From: a virus
Taxonomy: Duplodnaviria > Caudoviricetes
IMG/VR virus record: IMGVR_UViG_3300037067_006220
Coordinates: 1,873 to 65,872 of that record
Length of the DNA stretch: 64,000 bases
Strand: one strand, 5' to 3'
Shown here in pieces: positions 8,355-18,889 of this stretch. The translations under genes were made by a program, and so were the position numbers. Each line of letters begins with the position of its first letter. Positions within the stretch are counted from its first letter, which is position 1. Below the pieces are notes generated by a model that saw only the letters and a program-made list of their open reading frames with translations, had not been told where the DNA came from and did no database searches.

Positions 8355-10757
8355 CTATTTACGTTTGCCGTTTGCGTCGTATTCGATCACTTTTGGTTTA
8401 GAAGAATTATCCACGCTTGGTGGTTGTCCAATACCGCCGCGTGCAAGCCGTGACATTTCGCTGACTTGGGACTTATAATGTTCGACTTCATTTTGTGGAA
8501 ACATGCCTCTTACAGTAGTCCTTGCACCACCCCATATGTCTTCAGCAAGCTTAGTCAACATGCCATAAAATTGCTTATCGTCGTGGACGTTAATGCCTAA
8601 TATCGGTAGTTCTTGCTGGATTGCTTTGACAGAAAATTCATATGCACCAGCGCCGGTGAGCATACGTAAGCCAACAAGATTAGAGTATGCATTTATAGTA
8701 GCCGTATATGCTGCATGTTCAGCCGGATCAGTCGGTATAATTTCCTGCATCTGGTTTACTTTAGCTGCTACAAGTGCTTGAGGAATGTCAGCATAAGTTT
8801 TTAATAAGTTCACTAATGACCCGTGAGTTTTTTCGTCTTGATCCATAGAGTCAAGCGTGGCTTTTACGGCCTTGCCGACACGTTGAGCGGAGTCAGGCTT
8901 ACTAGCCATGCTGGCATATGCTTTAAGCGGCACAAAATCTGGCTGGGACGGGTCGCCGAAGATCTGGTTACTGGCTTCACGTATAGCCACGATGCGCTTT
9001 TGCTGTGTGTTGTATATGGTTGTCGGCATCCCACCAATAGCGCGAGTACCCGATGGTAGGGGAGTATTGGATGCAGCAATTTGTTCAGCCTTGGTAGTTG
9101 GCTTGACTGGCGACGTAGGTGCGGGTTGACCAGATACAGCAGGAGTGGTAGTAGGAACAGTAGTAGGTGTACCAGCAGGAACACCAGTAGGTATATTAGC
9201 TGGAGTATTAGCTGGAGTATTAGCTGGAGTATTAGCGGGCTGCTCGCTTCTTCCTGGTAAAGCTGGCATAACTGTAGCACGACCGCCGACAAGTGTTTGT
9301 GCAACTGGCTGACCTTCAGGTGTCATAGTGATTTGTTCGCGGCTTGTAGTGCGTGGCAAAGTGCTGGTAGCTTGACCGAGTACATTACCAGCAGAGGGGT
9401 CAGTTATATCGTACTGGTTTTTGCCAATTATTCTACCACTAATATCTTTGGTGGTTTGGGTTTGCTGTGCGGCATTATAATAATGTTTACTTCCCGCTAC
9501 CCAATGCTGAATTTTCAAGCTGGGGTCCATTTTATCAAGCGGCATGTCGTTTCCGTCTTGATCTTTGAATTCCGCACCCCAATCGTTACGAGCTTTGATA
9601 GCTTCCTTGACGGACATTTCGCCTTTGGATACAGGCCGGAATACTTTTTCTTGGACAGGCTCAGTAGACTTTAAATCCGTGGGTTCTGTAGCCCCAGCGG
9701 GCAATACCATGACATGTTTAAAGCCGTCTTTGCCGTCGTAAGTGCCGAGAACTTTTAAAGCAGACGGAAGTATTTGCTTACCGGCTGCAATATTGTATAA
9801 AGTGTTATCATCGGCATTAGGCAGCTTGGTTCGCCAGTAATCCATAGATTCAGCTATAGCTTCACGGTTGATTTTAGCGGAACGATTTACGTTGCCTGAT
9901 TTGGCAAATAATTCAGCAGTCGCGCTTGGGGGTGGGGCTATAGGATTATTAGATTTGGGGAATGAATAATATCGTCCGTCCTTTTTTATAATTTGATATC
10001 CAGCTTGATCTTCTCCTTCTTCAGTTTTAGCCCAAGTAGGATGATTATGACCTTTCAACAGTAGACCCGTACTTGGGTCTCGGCTGGGCCAATGTCCGGT
10101 GTCGTCGGGGCCGAGTCCAGCAGCAATCGCAGACTGCGTATCATAACTTGATCCTTCGGGATCAAATTTAGTTCCTTTAGGGGCGGTTGTTTTAATTTCT
10201 GGAGCAGCAGGCACAACCGCATTAGAAGATTCTTCTGCTCCAGTCATAGGGTTTGCGTTTGTACTAGACTCTACACTCGGCGGTGGTGCAATAGGCCCAA
10301 TGCTTGTAGGTTGACCCATAGTAGGTGATAGTGGACCTGAACCGACAAATCCGGTAGTAGATGCAGTTGCATTAGCTTGTGTAGTTTGTGCGGACGGCAT
10401 CGGCGGCATAGGGCTGGTAGCAGGTTGTTTGTCGGATGCTACAGCAGCCATTTGCTGTTGAGCCTGTTGCTGACCTTGCTGCTGTGTTTGTTTTTGGCTG
10501 CCACGAATATGTTCATATAACTGGCGAATTTTGTCATGGGCTGCTTTAACAATAGTGCCAGAACGTTTAGTAAGCGATAACCCTTCTATTTCTTTAAGCA
10601 CCTTATCTACTTCATCAGGTGTTAAGTTCGGGGTTTCTTCTAAATGCTTGTAAAGTGCCTTAGCACGTTCTTGCTTTAAAGCAGCATCTAGTTGATCCTC
10701 ACGTGCCAGCCTAGGGCTGATGACGTTATACAATCCAGAAATTAACCCTTCACTCAT
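8355..10757 (-). CDS. putative internal virion/ejection protein, Gln/Pro/Thr-rich
   Basis: Position, low complexity, PANT repeats. Confidence 0.6.
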   Translation of the reverse strand: MSEGLISGLYNVISPRLAREDQLDAALKQERAKALYKHLEETPNLTPDEVDKVLKEIEGLSLTKRSGTIVKAAHDKIRQLYEHIRGSQKQTQQQGQQQAQQQMAAVASDKQPATSPMPPMPSAQTTQANATASTTGFVGSGPLSPTMGQPTSIGPIAPPPSVESSTNANPMTGAEESSNAVVPAAPEIKTTAPKGTKFDPEGSSYDTQSAIAAGLGPDDTGHWPSRDPSTGLLLKGHNHPTWAKTEEGEDQAGYQIIKKDGRYYSFPKSNNPIAPPPSATAELFAKSGNVNRSAKINREAIAESMDYWRTKLPNADDNTLYNIAAGKQILPSALKVLGTYDGKDGFKHVMVLPAGATEPTDLKSTEPVQEKVFRPVSKGEMSVKEAIKARNDWGAEFKDQDGNDMPLDKMDPSLKIQHWVAGSKHYYNAAQQTQTTKDISGRIIGKNQYDITDPSAGNVLGQATSTLPRTTSREQITMTPEGQPVAQTLVGGRATVMPALPGRSEQPANTPANTPANTPANIPTGVPAGTPTTVPTTTPAVSGQPAPTSPVKPTTKAEQIAASNTPLPSGTRAIGGMPTTIYNTQQKRIVAIREASNQIFGDPSQPDFVPLKAYASMASKPDSAQRVGKAVKATLDSMDQDEKTHGSLVNLLKTYADIPQALVAAKVNQMQEIIPTDPAEHAAYTATINAYSNLVGLRMLTGAGAYEFSVKAIQQELPILGINVHDDKQFYGMLTKLAEDIWGGARTTVRGMFPQNEVEHYKSQVSEMSRLARGGIGQPPSVDNSSKPKVIEYDANGKRK
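9194..9236. repeat. 12-bp coding tandem repeat TATTAGCTGGAG x3.6 (PANT peptide)
   Basis: Read directly. Confidence 0.9.
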
Positions 10758-10765
10758 ATTGGCAC

Positions 10766-11374
10766 CTATAAGAACATCAAGCCTAGTCCTATGGCTTGTC
10801 CGATTTGATCCATCATATTATTGTTTTGGCTGGTGCTTTGCTGGCGTGCGTTCGTAGCCGAATCGAGTATACTTTTAACGGCATCCTCAGATAATCCAAT
10901 AGCACGCAAACCAGATTCCATTTGCTGTAGTCCTATATCGGCTTGGGCTTTGGCAGTTGTAGTCAATCCTTGTGCAGCGGCAGGACGGGTGGCGAATATA
11001 GCATTATTGATATCCGTCATGCGTTGAGTTTCGGCGTCCTGCAAGCTTGCGTTCGTGCCACCACCACGACTCGTACCAAACGCTCCTTCTTTAGCACGTT
11101 GAGCGGCACTAGCTTCATTTATAGCGTTTATTTCCGGTGCCGCCGCCGCCATTTGTGCTGGTCGTGAACCGGATAATATGCCCGTCCAGTATTGCTTTAC
11201 GGCATCCAAGCTGCCTAAACCAGTTTGAGTATTGGCGGTGCCTAAATTAACTTGGGACTTTCCAAGCGGAGTAGTGTACTTAAATATATCCTTAGCCATT
11301 CCTTGGCCGGATTTCATAGTCGCATAGTCAGCTTTTGCATCACTCCCGCCACCACCACCGAATAAGAAACCCAT
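10766..11374 (-). CDS. putative pilot/ejection protein
   Basis: Gly-rich N-terminus MGFLFGGGGGS, Ala/Gln-rich body, follows GNAT gene. Confidence 0.6.
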   Translation of the reverse strand: MGFLFGGGGGSDAKADYATMKSGQGMAKDIFKYTTPLGKSQVNLGTANTQTGLGSLDAVKQYWTGILSGSRPAQMAAAAPEINAINEASAAQRAKEGAFGTSRGGGTNASLQDAETQRMTDINNAIFATRPAAAQGLTTTAKAQADIGLQQMESGLRAIGLSEDAVKSILDSATNARQQSTSQNNNMMDQIGQAIGLGLMFL

Positions 11375-11399
11375 GATGAATACTCCTTAAGCACACATT

Positions 11400-11765
11400 T
11401 TAGAGCTTAATATATACGGGGGATGCTATTTGCTTCATGCCCCGTGCAATGCAAATTTGTTCAGCAATCGGGTCGTCGGCAATGCTGATAAATCCGCGTA
11501 TGCCACAATCACCAACGAACGCAAACATATCGTCGATAAGCTTATTGGCAAGTTCACTGTCATTACCGCGATAGGTACGATCCACATACAATGGTTCTAG
11601 GTGCGGAACTAGCTGCAAAACCAAAAATCCTACTAGCCTATCACCATCATATGCAGCACGCACGCGGGTAGTTTCGCGGTTCAAAGTTGGTAAGTTCCGC
11701 GCAATCATAATCGGGTCAAGTGCGGAAATTTGCTCGTTGTCAAGCCACTTATAGGTCAGTTCCAT
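11400..11765 (-). CDS. GNAT-fold acetyltransferase-like protein
   Basis: LVGF...LEPLYVDRTYRG motif A; typical position before ejection genes. Confidence 0.65.
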   Translation of the reverse strand: MELTYKWLDNEQISALDPIMIARNLPTLNRETTRVRAAYDGDRLVGFLVLQLVPHLEPLYVDRTYRGNDSELANKLIDDMFAFVGDCGIRGFISIADDPIAEQICIARGMKQIASPVYIKL

Positions 11766-11787
11766 AATCTAATTTATCTCCCATCAT

Positions 11788-12204
11788 TTAAAAAATTAAC
11801 CCAGTCACCAATACCCCTTCGTTATCATGGTCACCGTCCACCCAATAACGATACAAGCTAAGTTTGTTTTCTACCATTGGGGCTGCTGAAATTATTAACG
11901 TCTGCCCCGGTGCTATAACGGCTACAATTGTGCCATAATCGTCACGATCACCATGGTCACGGACGATATAGACATTTCGTGTATTCGGTGTCATACCACC
12001 CATTTTGCCTGGATGCACGCCTTGAAATATTAGCTGCTGATAGCGCGGCGTATATTCAAGCGCACCCGGTACGGTTGGTGATTCAGGTGCATTGATATTG
12101 CCAGCGTCGATAAGCGAAGTTAGTCTTACTGGCGTACCAGCCATGACGACTTCAATATATCCTGCGGGCCAATCCGGGCCGTTAATGTCCTTAAGCACTG
12201 TCAT
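11788..12204 (-). CDS. virion-associated protein, paralog of 12204-12623
   Basis: Shared GTPV, NVYIVR, DDYGTIVAV, PGQTL, YRY blocks. Confidence 0.75.
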   Translation of the reverse strand: MTVLKDINGPDWPAGYIEVVMAGTPVRLTSLIDAGNINAPESPTVPGALEYTPRYQQLIFQGVHPGKMGGMTPNTRNVYIVRDHGDRDDYGTIVAVIAPGQTLIISAAPMVENKLSLYRYWVDGDHDNEGVLVTGLIF

Positions 12205-12623
12205 TAGAATGCAAACCCCGTAACAAGTGCTGCGTCATCGTTTACATCGGAATCCAAAAGGTATCTGTACGGGCTGAACACATTTCTTACACTTGGGGCC
12301 GATGCTAAAAATAACGTCTGCCCTGGCTGCAATACGGCAACTATAGTTCCGTAATCATCATGGTCACCACCTTGACGGACAATATAAACATTGCCAGTAT
12401 TAAGCTGCAACCCATGTGCGGCTGCCTTGAAGCCTTGGAACATGATTTGCTGAAACCGTATGGTGCCATACTCATATACAGTGCCAGTCAAGTTACCAGC
12501 ATTCGGGTTATTTTTGCCAGTAGGGTCAATCAGCGATGTGATATCCACTGGCGTACCAGCGGCGGGTACGACAATTAAACCCAATGGAAAATCAGGGCCA
12601 TGAACATCAGCTAAGACAGCCAT
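12204..12623 (-). CDS. virion-associated protein, paralog of 11788-12204
   Basis: As above; TAATG stop/start overlap. Confidence 0.75.
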   Translation of the reverse strand: MAVLADVHGPDFPLGLIVVPAAGTPVDITSLIDPTGKNNPNAGNLTGTVYEYGTIRFQQIMFQGFKAAAHGLQLNTGNVYIVRQGGDHDDYGTIVAVLQPGQTLFLASAPSVRNVFSPYRYLLDSDVNDDAALVTGFAF

Positions 12624-12685
12624 ATAAATACCTCCAAGGCTATAGTACTATATTTGAGACTAAAATTAAACCAGCTAAATTGCAG

Positions 12686-13807
12686 CTAAATTATCCGATA
12701 CGTAAAACTAAACCACATATCACGGCTTGAAGTATCTACAGCAACCCACTCCATTTGCGCTCGGTTAGCAGCGGCATCGGCATAAATCGCAGCGCCCATA
12801 CCAGCCACAAGCGGGCAAAATGCAACTCCACCGCAATCTTCGAGCGCACCGAAATTCGACGCTATAGGAAGTGCTATACCAAGTTGCGCTGCACCCGCTG
12901 CCGTAGGATCAATATTCACCATACCTGAAACAGTCACTACTGAACCGACACGCATATACTGGCACTGGTACGCGGATGAAGCAGCGATATTTAGGACATT
13001 AGTTATAGCTGGTGTATATACTCCTGAAGCAAGTAGCGTAGTCACAACTCCACGGACAGTCATGGAAGCATCGGGTATTAAGTAAGCCCATGCAGCGCCG
13101 CCCCAGCGATACATTTGAAAATCGTCCGTGCCATAAAACAAAAATCCTACATCACCAGCAGCCAAAGCAGGACGGGTATCGGGTATTATGGTGCCGGACA
13201 TGACGCCGCCAAACCACACCCATACGCCAGCTTCAACTATGTATGTGCAGTTTTGGTCGGTGGCATAATAAAGCAGCCCATTGTCAATTGCTGCAACTGC
13301 TGGTCTGGTAGCATACGTGCCTTGCTGAACGAGTGCCGCTGCTCTAAGTGCCATCCATGCAGTGCCAGTCCATACGTAAAATATTTGTGTGGCTGAGTCA
13401 ATGAATATGAATCCGGCATCACGTATGGCTAAATCAGTCGGGCGGCTGGTTAATACAGCAGTCATTACAGCGACCAGCAAACTCCAGCCCGTGACTCCAG
13501 CTAAGTCTTTGGCGACAATATAAAACGCATTGCGGTCTATTTCATAAAAGGTTGTGCCGATAATCGGCAACACGGCAGAGTTTGCAGTTAGCCGTACTGC
13601 ATGAGTATCGACCATTGTAGCGGGAACTGAAGATGTACTAGAAGCTGCTACGGACGGTATTGAAGTTTTAACAGTAGCGGTTTGTGCGGCTAATACACGA
13701 GCCCGCAAGAACACAAGATTGTCATATACATTTCTTAGTACATCGTCCACAGGCGAAGGTATCAGGTGGCGTATATTAGGCTGCTGTAACCCCGGTATAT
13801 TCTCCAT
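12686..13807 (-). CDS. tail fibre protein
   Basis: Three RP-x-G-x-(F/Y)-x-D-x-Y-x-W repeats and a fibre-type C-terminal domain (YMRVGSVVTVSG). Confidence 0.7.
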   Translation of the reverse strand: MENIPGLQQPNIRHLIPSPVDDVLRNVYDNLVFLRARVLAAQTATVKTSIPSVAASSTSSVPATMVDTHAVRLTANSAVLPIIGTTFYEIDRNAFYIVAKDLAGVTGWSLLVAVMTAVLTSRPTDLAIRDAGFIFIDSATQIFYVWTGTAWMALRAAALVQQGTYATRPAVAAIDNGLLYYATDQNCTYIVEAGVWVWFGGVMSGTIIPDTRPALAAGDVGFLFYGTDDFQMYRWGGAAWAYLIPDASMTVRGVVTTLLASGVYTPAITNVLNIAASSAYQCQYMRVGSVVTVSGMVNIDPTAAGAAQLGIALPIASNFGALEDCGGVAFCPLVAGMGAAIYADAAANRAQMEWVAVDTSSRDMWFSFTYRII

Positions 13808-13809
13808 GA

Positions 13810-16800
13810 TTATTGTCCGTCACCGATCGGCTTAGTAATGTCTTTGAATACCATGCACATATCCTGCCTGCCCCACGGTGCTACATGGATTTCCCACTCA
13901 TCAAAATACGGTTGCCAAAGTGCAGCACACGAAGCCGAAAAGAAATATAATAATGCTTTGTTGGCGGTGAAAGTAAATAAAGTTTTCCTATATGCCCCGC
14001 CTGTAGACGGTAATGTGATAACTGTGGGCGCATACCCATCGTAAGCTGTAATGGTTAAAGTCACCGCTGCTGTAGCGCGATAAGCAACCAGCATTTTCCA
14101 TATACTTTTATAGCCTTTAATGCCAAACCCCATGCCTTCAGGTTGCCAATTATAAAGTGCTATAGGTAGGATTTCATATAACGGCTGAGCTAAAAATAAA
14201 TTAGTCGGGCTGGCTGGAAGTGTATCAGTCCACGATATATAAAGTCCTAAATATTTGGCGGTCGCGTTTACGTTTACTGGCGTCCGTGTGCGTATGAGTG
14301 CTGCTGGTATATTTGTGACTGCTGCTATGGCTGTAGCATCGGATACAGGAGTCACGCTGATGCCGGAACTTGGTATGGCATCAAGCAGTACATCATTCCA
14401 TAATATATTACCACGTGCATCTCCTCCATTATATTCGGCAGTGCCAAGCTTAGCAGTAATATTAGTACCATTGTCATTTACTAAGTCTTGCTGCTTGCCG
14501 ACGACACCCGTATTGAAGCCTTGGATCAGCATCGGATAAAGTGTATTCGGTGTTAATAATGTCCCTTCTTGCTGCTCAACACCGTAATGTACTGAACAAG
14601 GCACATCGTATTCATCCAAACACCATGCTTTAAGTTTGGTATCATATACAAGCGTGTGATAAGCACCAGTAGTGTCTTGATAGTCGAAGTATACAAAGCC
14701 ATTTGCACCACCAAGCCGAAACGTGGATGCCCGTTTATAGTCTGGTGCATAAATAGTGTTGCCTTGATAAATTAAGTTCTGTCCTGCCACACCTTCATGG
14801 GGGAATAGATTATATAAATCCATATCTGTTACCGATTCGCCCGTGCTTCCATCGGTTACCCAAATGCCGTCTTTGGCTACAAACCATAAAAGCTTCCCGT
14901 CAGCATAATGCCCGTATGGTGCAGCTAACCCGCGTCCGATTTGACGTTCAACAGCATAATATCTTTGTGGTGTATCGAACGCTGGATTCAATGCCCACCA
15001 CCGTTTTGAACTGGCTATTAAGCTGGAGCCGCCGACAATATCGCCACCAAGCAGCGGTTCAGAAGGTGTAGTAAGTTCAAGATTATAGCTATCTGGTGCT
15101 GAGTCGGGGTCGTGTTCTTTTATAAAATATACCGTACCCGGTCTTAATGGATCACCACACCCGAATATATCCCCTTGGGTATTCGGACCCCATAAATAAG
15201 GTAATATTTGTCGGGCTAAATTAGGCTCTAAAATTTGCAACGACGCTGGTATGTTATAGCCTGAGTTCTCGATAATTTCAAAACGATACGCATAATAAAA
15301 TGCTGCCGGTGGTGCAGCAAGCGTTATAGCTACAGGGCGATTGCGTAATGTGAATGAACCTAATCCATTAATGTCTATAAGCGTCCCCGGCAACCAACGT
15401 ATTATTGTAGCGGGTGCGGGATTCGTAAATGCGGCTGCTGAAGAATAAGTCACTATTATACAAGTTCCTAGACATTGTATGCTTGTAGTTACTCCAGCTG
15501 CAATACCAGTCGTGGCACTATATGGCAAATCTACAGACGGCCATGGTTCGTAGTTATTGGTTTCAAGTATGTCCCCACCAACCGCAGCGGTATCGAATAC
15601 ATTATCTGTAAACACAACTGGAGTGCCGGAATTAGCAACTGACCCTATCCATTGCCATGATGTGATCGTGCCGCCGTAACGGTATACGTCGAATACATCC
15701 GCTTGAGGATCAATTATCGTATCCGTCATTTCGACACGGACTGATTGGCGTCTTGGTGATACACCGTATCGTGTGATTGGCGAACGGTTGCCTTTAGCTC
15801 CAGTAAGCTTATTGCGCCCACGAAAGCAATACTGATACGTGACATTATTTCCTACGTCGGGCTGGCCACCGCCGATTAAGCAAAATGACGATATAGCTAT
15901 GTTCACGGTATCGGTGGATTGAACACTGATACGCACGCCCTGGCAATTGGCAAGTGAACGTGAGTTATCGTTACCAACGCGAATTAATGAACGTATAGGT
16001 ATCATTAATGTGGCACGCGGCAAGGCTGGCAATGGTGTCAAGCTAGTGATCGTTTGCGTGATCGCACTCGCTTGCTGCAACCATGCCATGTATGCTTGAT
16101 ATTGGGCAACTTGCTCCGGTGTAGCCGAATTTATAGCATTATACAAATCCACCCCAGTAGGCATCGACGAAGGCAAAAGTGATGTAGAAGGAGCGGGGCC
16201 GAGATAATTAATAGAAGTCTGTATGCTTTCCTGCTGTTCAGGAGTCAGCATTAAATCGGTACGCTTAGCAGCAATCGCGGAAAACATCAAATTACTTATA
16301 TCAAATGTCGTATATAGCGTGTCAGTCACATAATCCGCACCGCCGTTTTTAATATCGAATGTAATGGTGCCTTGTACTAAACGGCTGATGTTATCTACTT
16401 GAATACCAAGCACAATATAGTCGTCGGATTGTGCCAATGAAGTGGAAGGTGCTAGTACGGATGCAAACGGGTTTGTGGCAAGTGGTTTGGTAAGTGTACC
16501 TATACCGGGGCCAGTAAGCACAGATGTTATGTCGGCTGACGATATGACTTGGGCAACCACGGTAGCGTTAATAGCGCTTACGGCAATAGAGGGCAATCCG
16601 GTGATTATTTCAGCGGCAGCATGTGTGCCAATGGTAGAGGTTTCAATTGCAATAGTACCATCAGGGCCGGTTGTGACTGATAATACTAGGCATGTTTCAG
16701 CACCAGCGGACAACGCTATAAGCGATCCACGGCGTAAGTTTGCGTTCGGTATTTGAGAAGGTACGATAATGCAACGACCCGTGACACCAGTAAAATAGTA

Positions 16801-17559
16801 TATTGACTTAATCGTAATCGTTGCGCCAGTCTGTATTGGCGGAAACACATCTTCAACAATTGTATTGAAGCTGCCGCCAGTAGACTTGACCATGTTTACC
16901 AGCATACCAACTTGGTAGCTTTTATTAGTAGCTACCTGCACATACCACCGTATTGAATTACTTGCGGGATCGGTAAATACGGCGGTAGCGATATCGGATA
17001 ACCTGACCGCGTTCGCCGGTACTCCAGCAGTTCCACCTTGCGCCCACGTAGCCGCTAATCCAGTGAAGTCGTAAAAGTTTAACGATAACGGCGATGCTTC
17101 TGGTGGGGATTGAGGTTCACGGATACCGACTTTGTATTGTGTGACTACGTTTAAAGTATCCGGTGCGGAGAATTTTTGATAATCGTTAGGGCTTGCTATA
17201 TACATCCACGATTGCGGTGACTGATTCGGGCGATACGGTATCATGCATACGCCTTGAGCTGAACCAGTGAGTGAGCCGACGACTAAACCATTATCTAAAT
17301 ATATAGCATTGTTTGAACGCCGAGCTAATATCCGTGGTAAGTCGTCAGTTGATAAAGTAGCGTACGCACGTATATCAGTTACCAAGCCGTTTGCTGTGAA
17401 TAATTGTGTATATCCCGGCCTTGTACGAATACTTTGTCCCGCCATGCCACGTATATTAACAGCAAGACGGTATTTAGTATTTGCCAATGCATCCAGCGGG
17501 TCGTTTGTATTCATGCCACCAAACTGAAATCTTAATTCCTTTGAGCGTGTGAACGGCAT
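13810..17559 (-). CDS. large tail protein (nozzle/tail tubular B-like)
   Basis: 1249 aa beta-rich; starts with FQFGGMNT; tail block position. Confidence 0.65.
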   Translation of the reverse strand: MPFTRSKELRFQFGGMNTNDPLDALANTKYRLAVNIRGMAGQSIRTRPGYTQLFTANGLVTDIRAYATLSTDDLPRILARRSNNAIYLDNGLVVGSLTGSAQGVCMIPYRPNQSPQSWMYIASPNDYQKFSAPDTLNVVTQYKVGIREPQSPPEASPLSLNFYDFTGLAATWAQGGTAGVPANAVRLSDIATAVFTDPASNSIRWYVQVATNKSYQVGMLVNMVKSTGGSFNTIVEDVFPPIQTGATITIKSIYYFTGVTGRCIIVPSQIPNANLRRGSLIALSAGAETCLVLSVTTGPDGTIAIETSTIGTHAAAEIITGLPSIAVSAINATVVAQVISSADITSVLTGPGIGTLTKPLATNPFASVLAPSTSLAQSDDYIVLGIQVDNISRLVQGTITFDIKNGGADYVTDTLYTTFDISNLMFSAIAAKRTDLMLTPEQQESIQTSINYLGPAPSTSLLPSSMPTGVDLYNAINSATPEQVAQYQAYMAWLQQASAITQTITSLTPLPALPRATLMIPIRSLIRVGNDNSRSLANCQGVRISVQSTDTVNIAISSFCLIGGGQPDVGNNVTYQYCFRGRNKLTGAKGNRSPITRYGVSPRRQSVRVEMTDTIIDPQADVFDVYRYGGTITSWQWIGSVANSGTPVVFTDNVFDTAAVGGDILETNNYEPWPSVDLPYSATTGIAAGVTTSIQCLGTCIIVTYSSAAAFTNPAPATIIRWLPGTLIDINGLGSFTLRNRPVAITLAAPPAAFYYAYRFEIIENSGYNIPASLQILEPNLARQILPYLWGPNTQGDIFGCGDPLRPGTVYFIKEHDPDSAPDSYNLELTTPSEPLLGGDIVGGSSLIASSKRWWALNPAFDTPQRYYAVERQIGRGLAAPYGHYADGKLLWFVAKDGIWVTDGSTGESVTDMDLYNLFPHEGVAGQNLIYQGNTIYAPDYKRASTFRLGGANGFVYFDYQDTTGAYHTLVYDTKLKAWCLDEYDVPCSVHYGVEQQEGTLLTPNTLYPMLIQGFNTGVVGKQQDLVNDNGTNITAKLGTAEYNGGDARGNILWNDVLLDAIPSSGISVTPVSDATAIAAVTNIPAALIRTRTPVNVNATAKYLGLYISWTDTLPASPTNLFLAQPLYEILPIALYNWQPEGMGFGIKGYKSIWKMLVAYRATAAVTLTITAYDGYAPTVITLPSTGGAYRKTLFTFTANKALLYFFSASCAALWQPYFDEWEIHVAPWGRQDMCMVFKDITKPIGDGQ

Positions 17560-17561
17560 GA

Positions 17562-18887
17562 TTAAGACTCCGTAGGTATAAGTTCGGCAAGGGGCGTGCT
17601 TGTGGGTTGAGCAGTAGTGAGCGATTGCATACTGGTAAGTACGTATTCGTTGATTGCAGCCAAACGTGAATTGTACGCGGTGGCTTGTTTCATAAATGAA
17701 TTAAACAATGGCATGGTGGCTAAAAACTCACCCCCGCCAAGCTTGAATGCAGCTACATGCTGTGCATAGCCAAGTACGGTTTCCAAGTCCTGACGGCCAA
17801 GTTGAATAAAATCGGTATCAAGCGTCGGCACAGGTGCGTTACGAATTATATCAACGGTAATTGAATATATGCCGTCAGCAATTGGGTTTACAGCAACTAA
17901 GTTCTGTCCAATTAGCAATAAGTCACGTGGGACTGTAGCTGTCACATTATGCCAATTAACATCATAAATATCATAATCCAATACTGCTGACGGTATTTTC
18001 GGCACACCCTGAAGCTCCCATTGAACGGCATGTTTATGCTCGGCTGCTACTTTAACGCCATGCTCGTATCTAGCTAAAGCGTACTGCCCACGTATAGGAT
18101 CAAATGATTCTCCTTCACGCAATAATAAATCCGCCAATGCACCCCAGCCAGCTATCCATGAAGAGTTATTCGGCAAATTAATTAAATCTGTCGGGTCAGT
18201 AGGGTCAAGTGCGCTCGGTGTACGGACAATCACTAATTCGAGTGAACCAATATCGTTTGGCGGCGGTATGACTTGCATAACAAGCGGTGGTGTTGCTAGT
18301 ATGCTAAATACCCCCGGTAATCCCGGCGTCAATGACCATGCAGGATCATATGCGGTAGTATTGTATTCATAGTTTTCAAACATACTATTACGCAATCCAG
18401 CAACGTCTTTCCATACGGCACGCAGGATATTTATTACATTATCCGGCAATTGCTCACGGCTAATCGGCGGTGCAGCAGCAGGCATGTTATAAGCTATAAG
18501 CACTGAGCCTGTATCGACCAAGAACTGATTGCGGCGATTTTGCAATGCAGTAGTTATATCAGCTAATGTAAACATGCTCGTACCAGTCCATGCGGCGGGT
18601 GTTGCTGGTTCAAGCAACATATACTGCATGGCGCTTACAGCTTGCTGAGTAGTAACCGTCATGCCTAAGAGCGCCGGTAATTCAGTATGTAAGTTGTAAA
18701 ATAAACTTCCCGCTGCCGTATTAAACACTCCACGATCCCGCCAATAACCAGTCAACATTTGCCATGTATATAAGGAATTAATTATTAGTCCACTTAATTC
18801 TATATCTGACCAAAACAGCTTACTGCTGTCGCGTAATCTGGCAGCTAGTTGATCCTTTGCTTGTAGGAATGTAGTATGAGTATACAT
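17562..18887 (-). CDS. head-tail adaptor/tail tube-like protein
   Basis: N-terminal FWSDIEL...IN motif typical of adaptor proteins; position. Confidence 0.55.
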   Translation of the reverse strand: MYTHTTFLQAKDQLAARLRDSSKLFWSDIELSGLIINSLYTWQMLTGYWRDRGVFNTAAGSLFYNLHTELPALLGMTVTTQQAVSAMQYMLLEPATPAAWTGTSMFTLADITTALQNRRNQFLVDTGSVLIAYNMPAAAPPISREQLPDNVINILRAVWKDVAGLRNSMFENYEYNTTAYDPAWSLTPGLPGVFSILATPPLVMQVIPPPNDIGSLELVIVRTPSALDPTDPTDLINLPNNSSWIAGWGALADLLLREGESFDPIRGQYALARYEHGVKVAAEHKHAVQWELQGVPKIPSAVLDYDIYDVNWHNVTATVPRDLLLIGQNLVAVNPIADGIYSITVDIIRNAPVPTLDTDFIQLGRQDLETVLGYAQHVAAFKLGGGEFLATMPLFNSFMKQATAYNSRLAAINEYVLTSMQSLTTAQPTSTPLAELIPTES

Positions 18888-18889
18888 AA

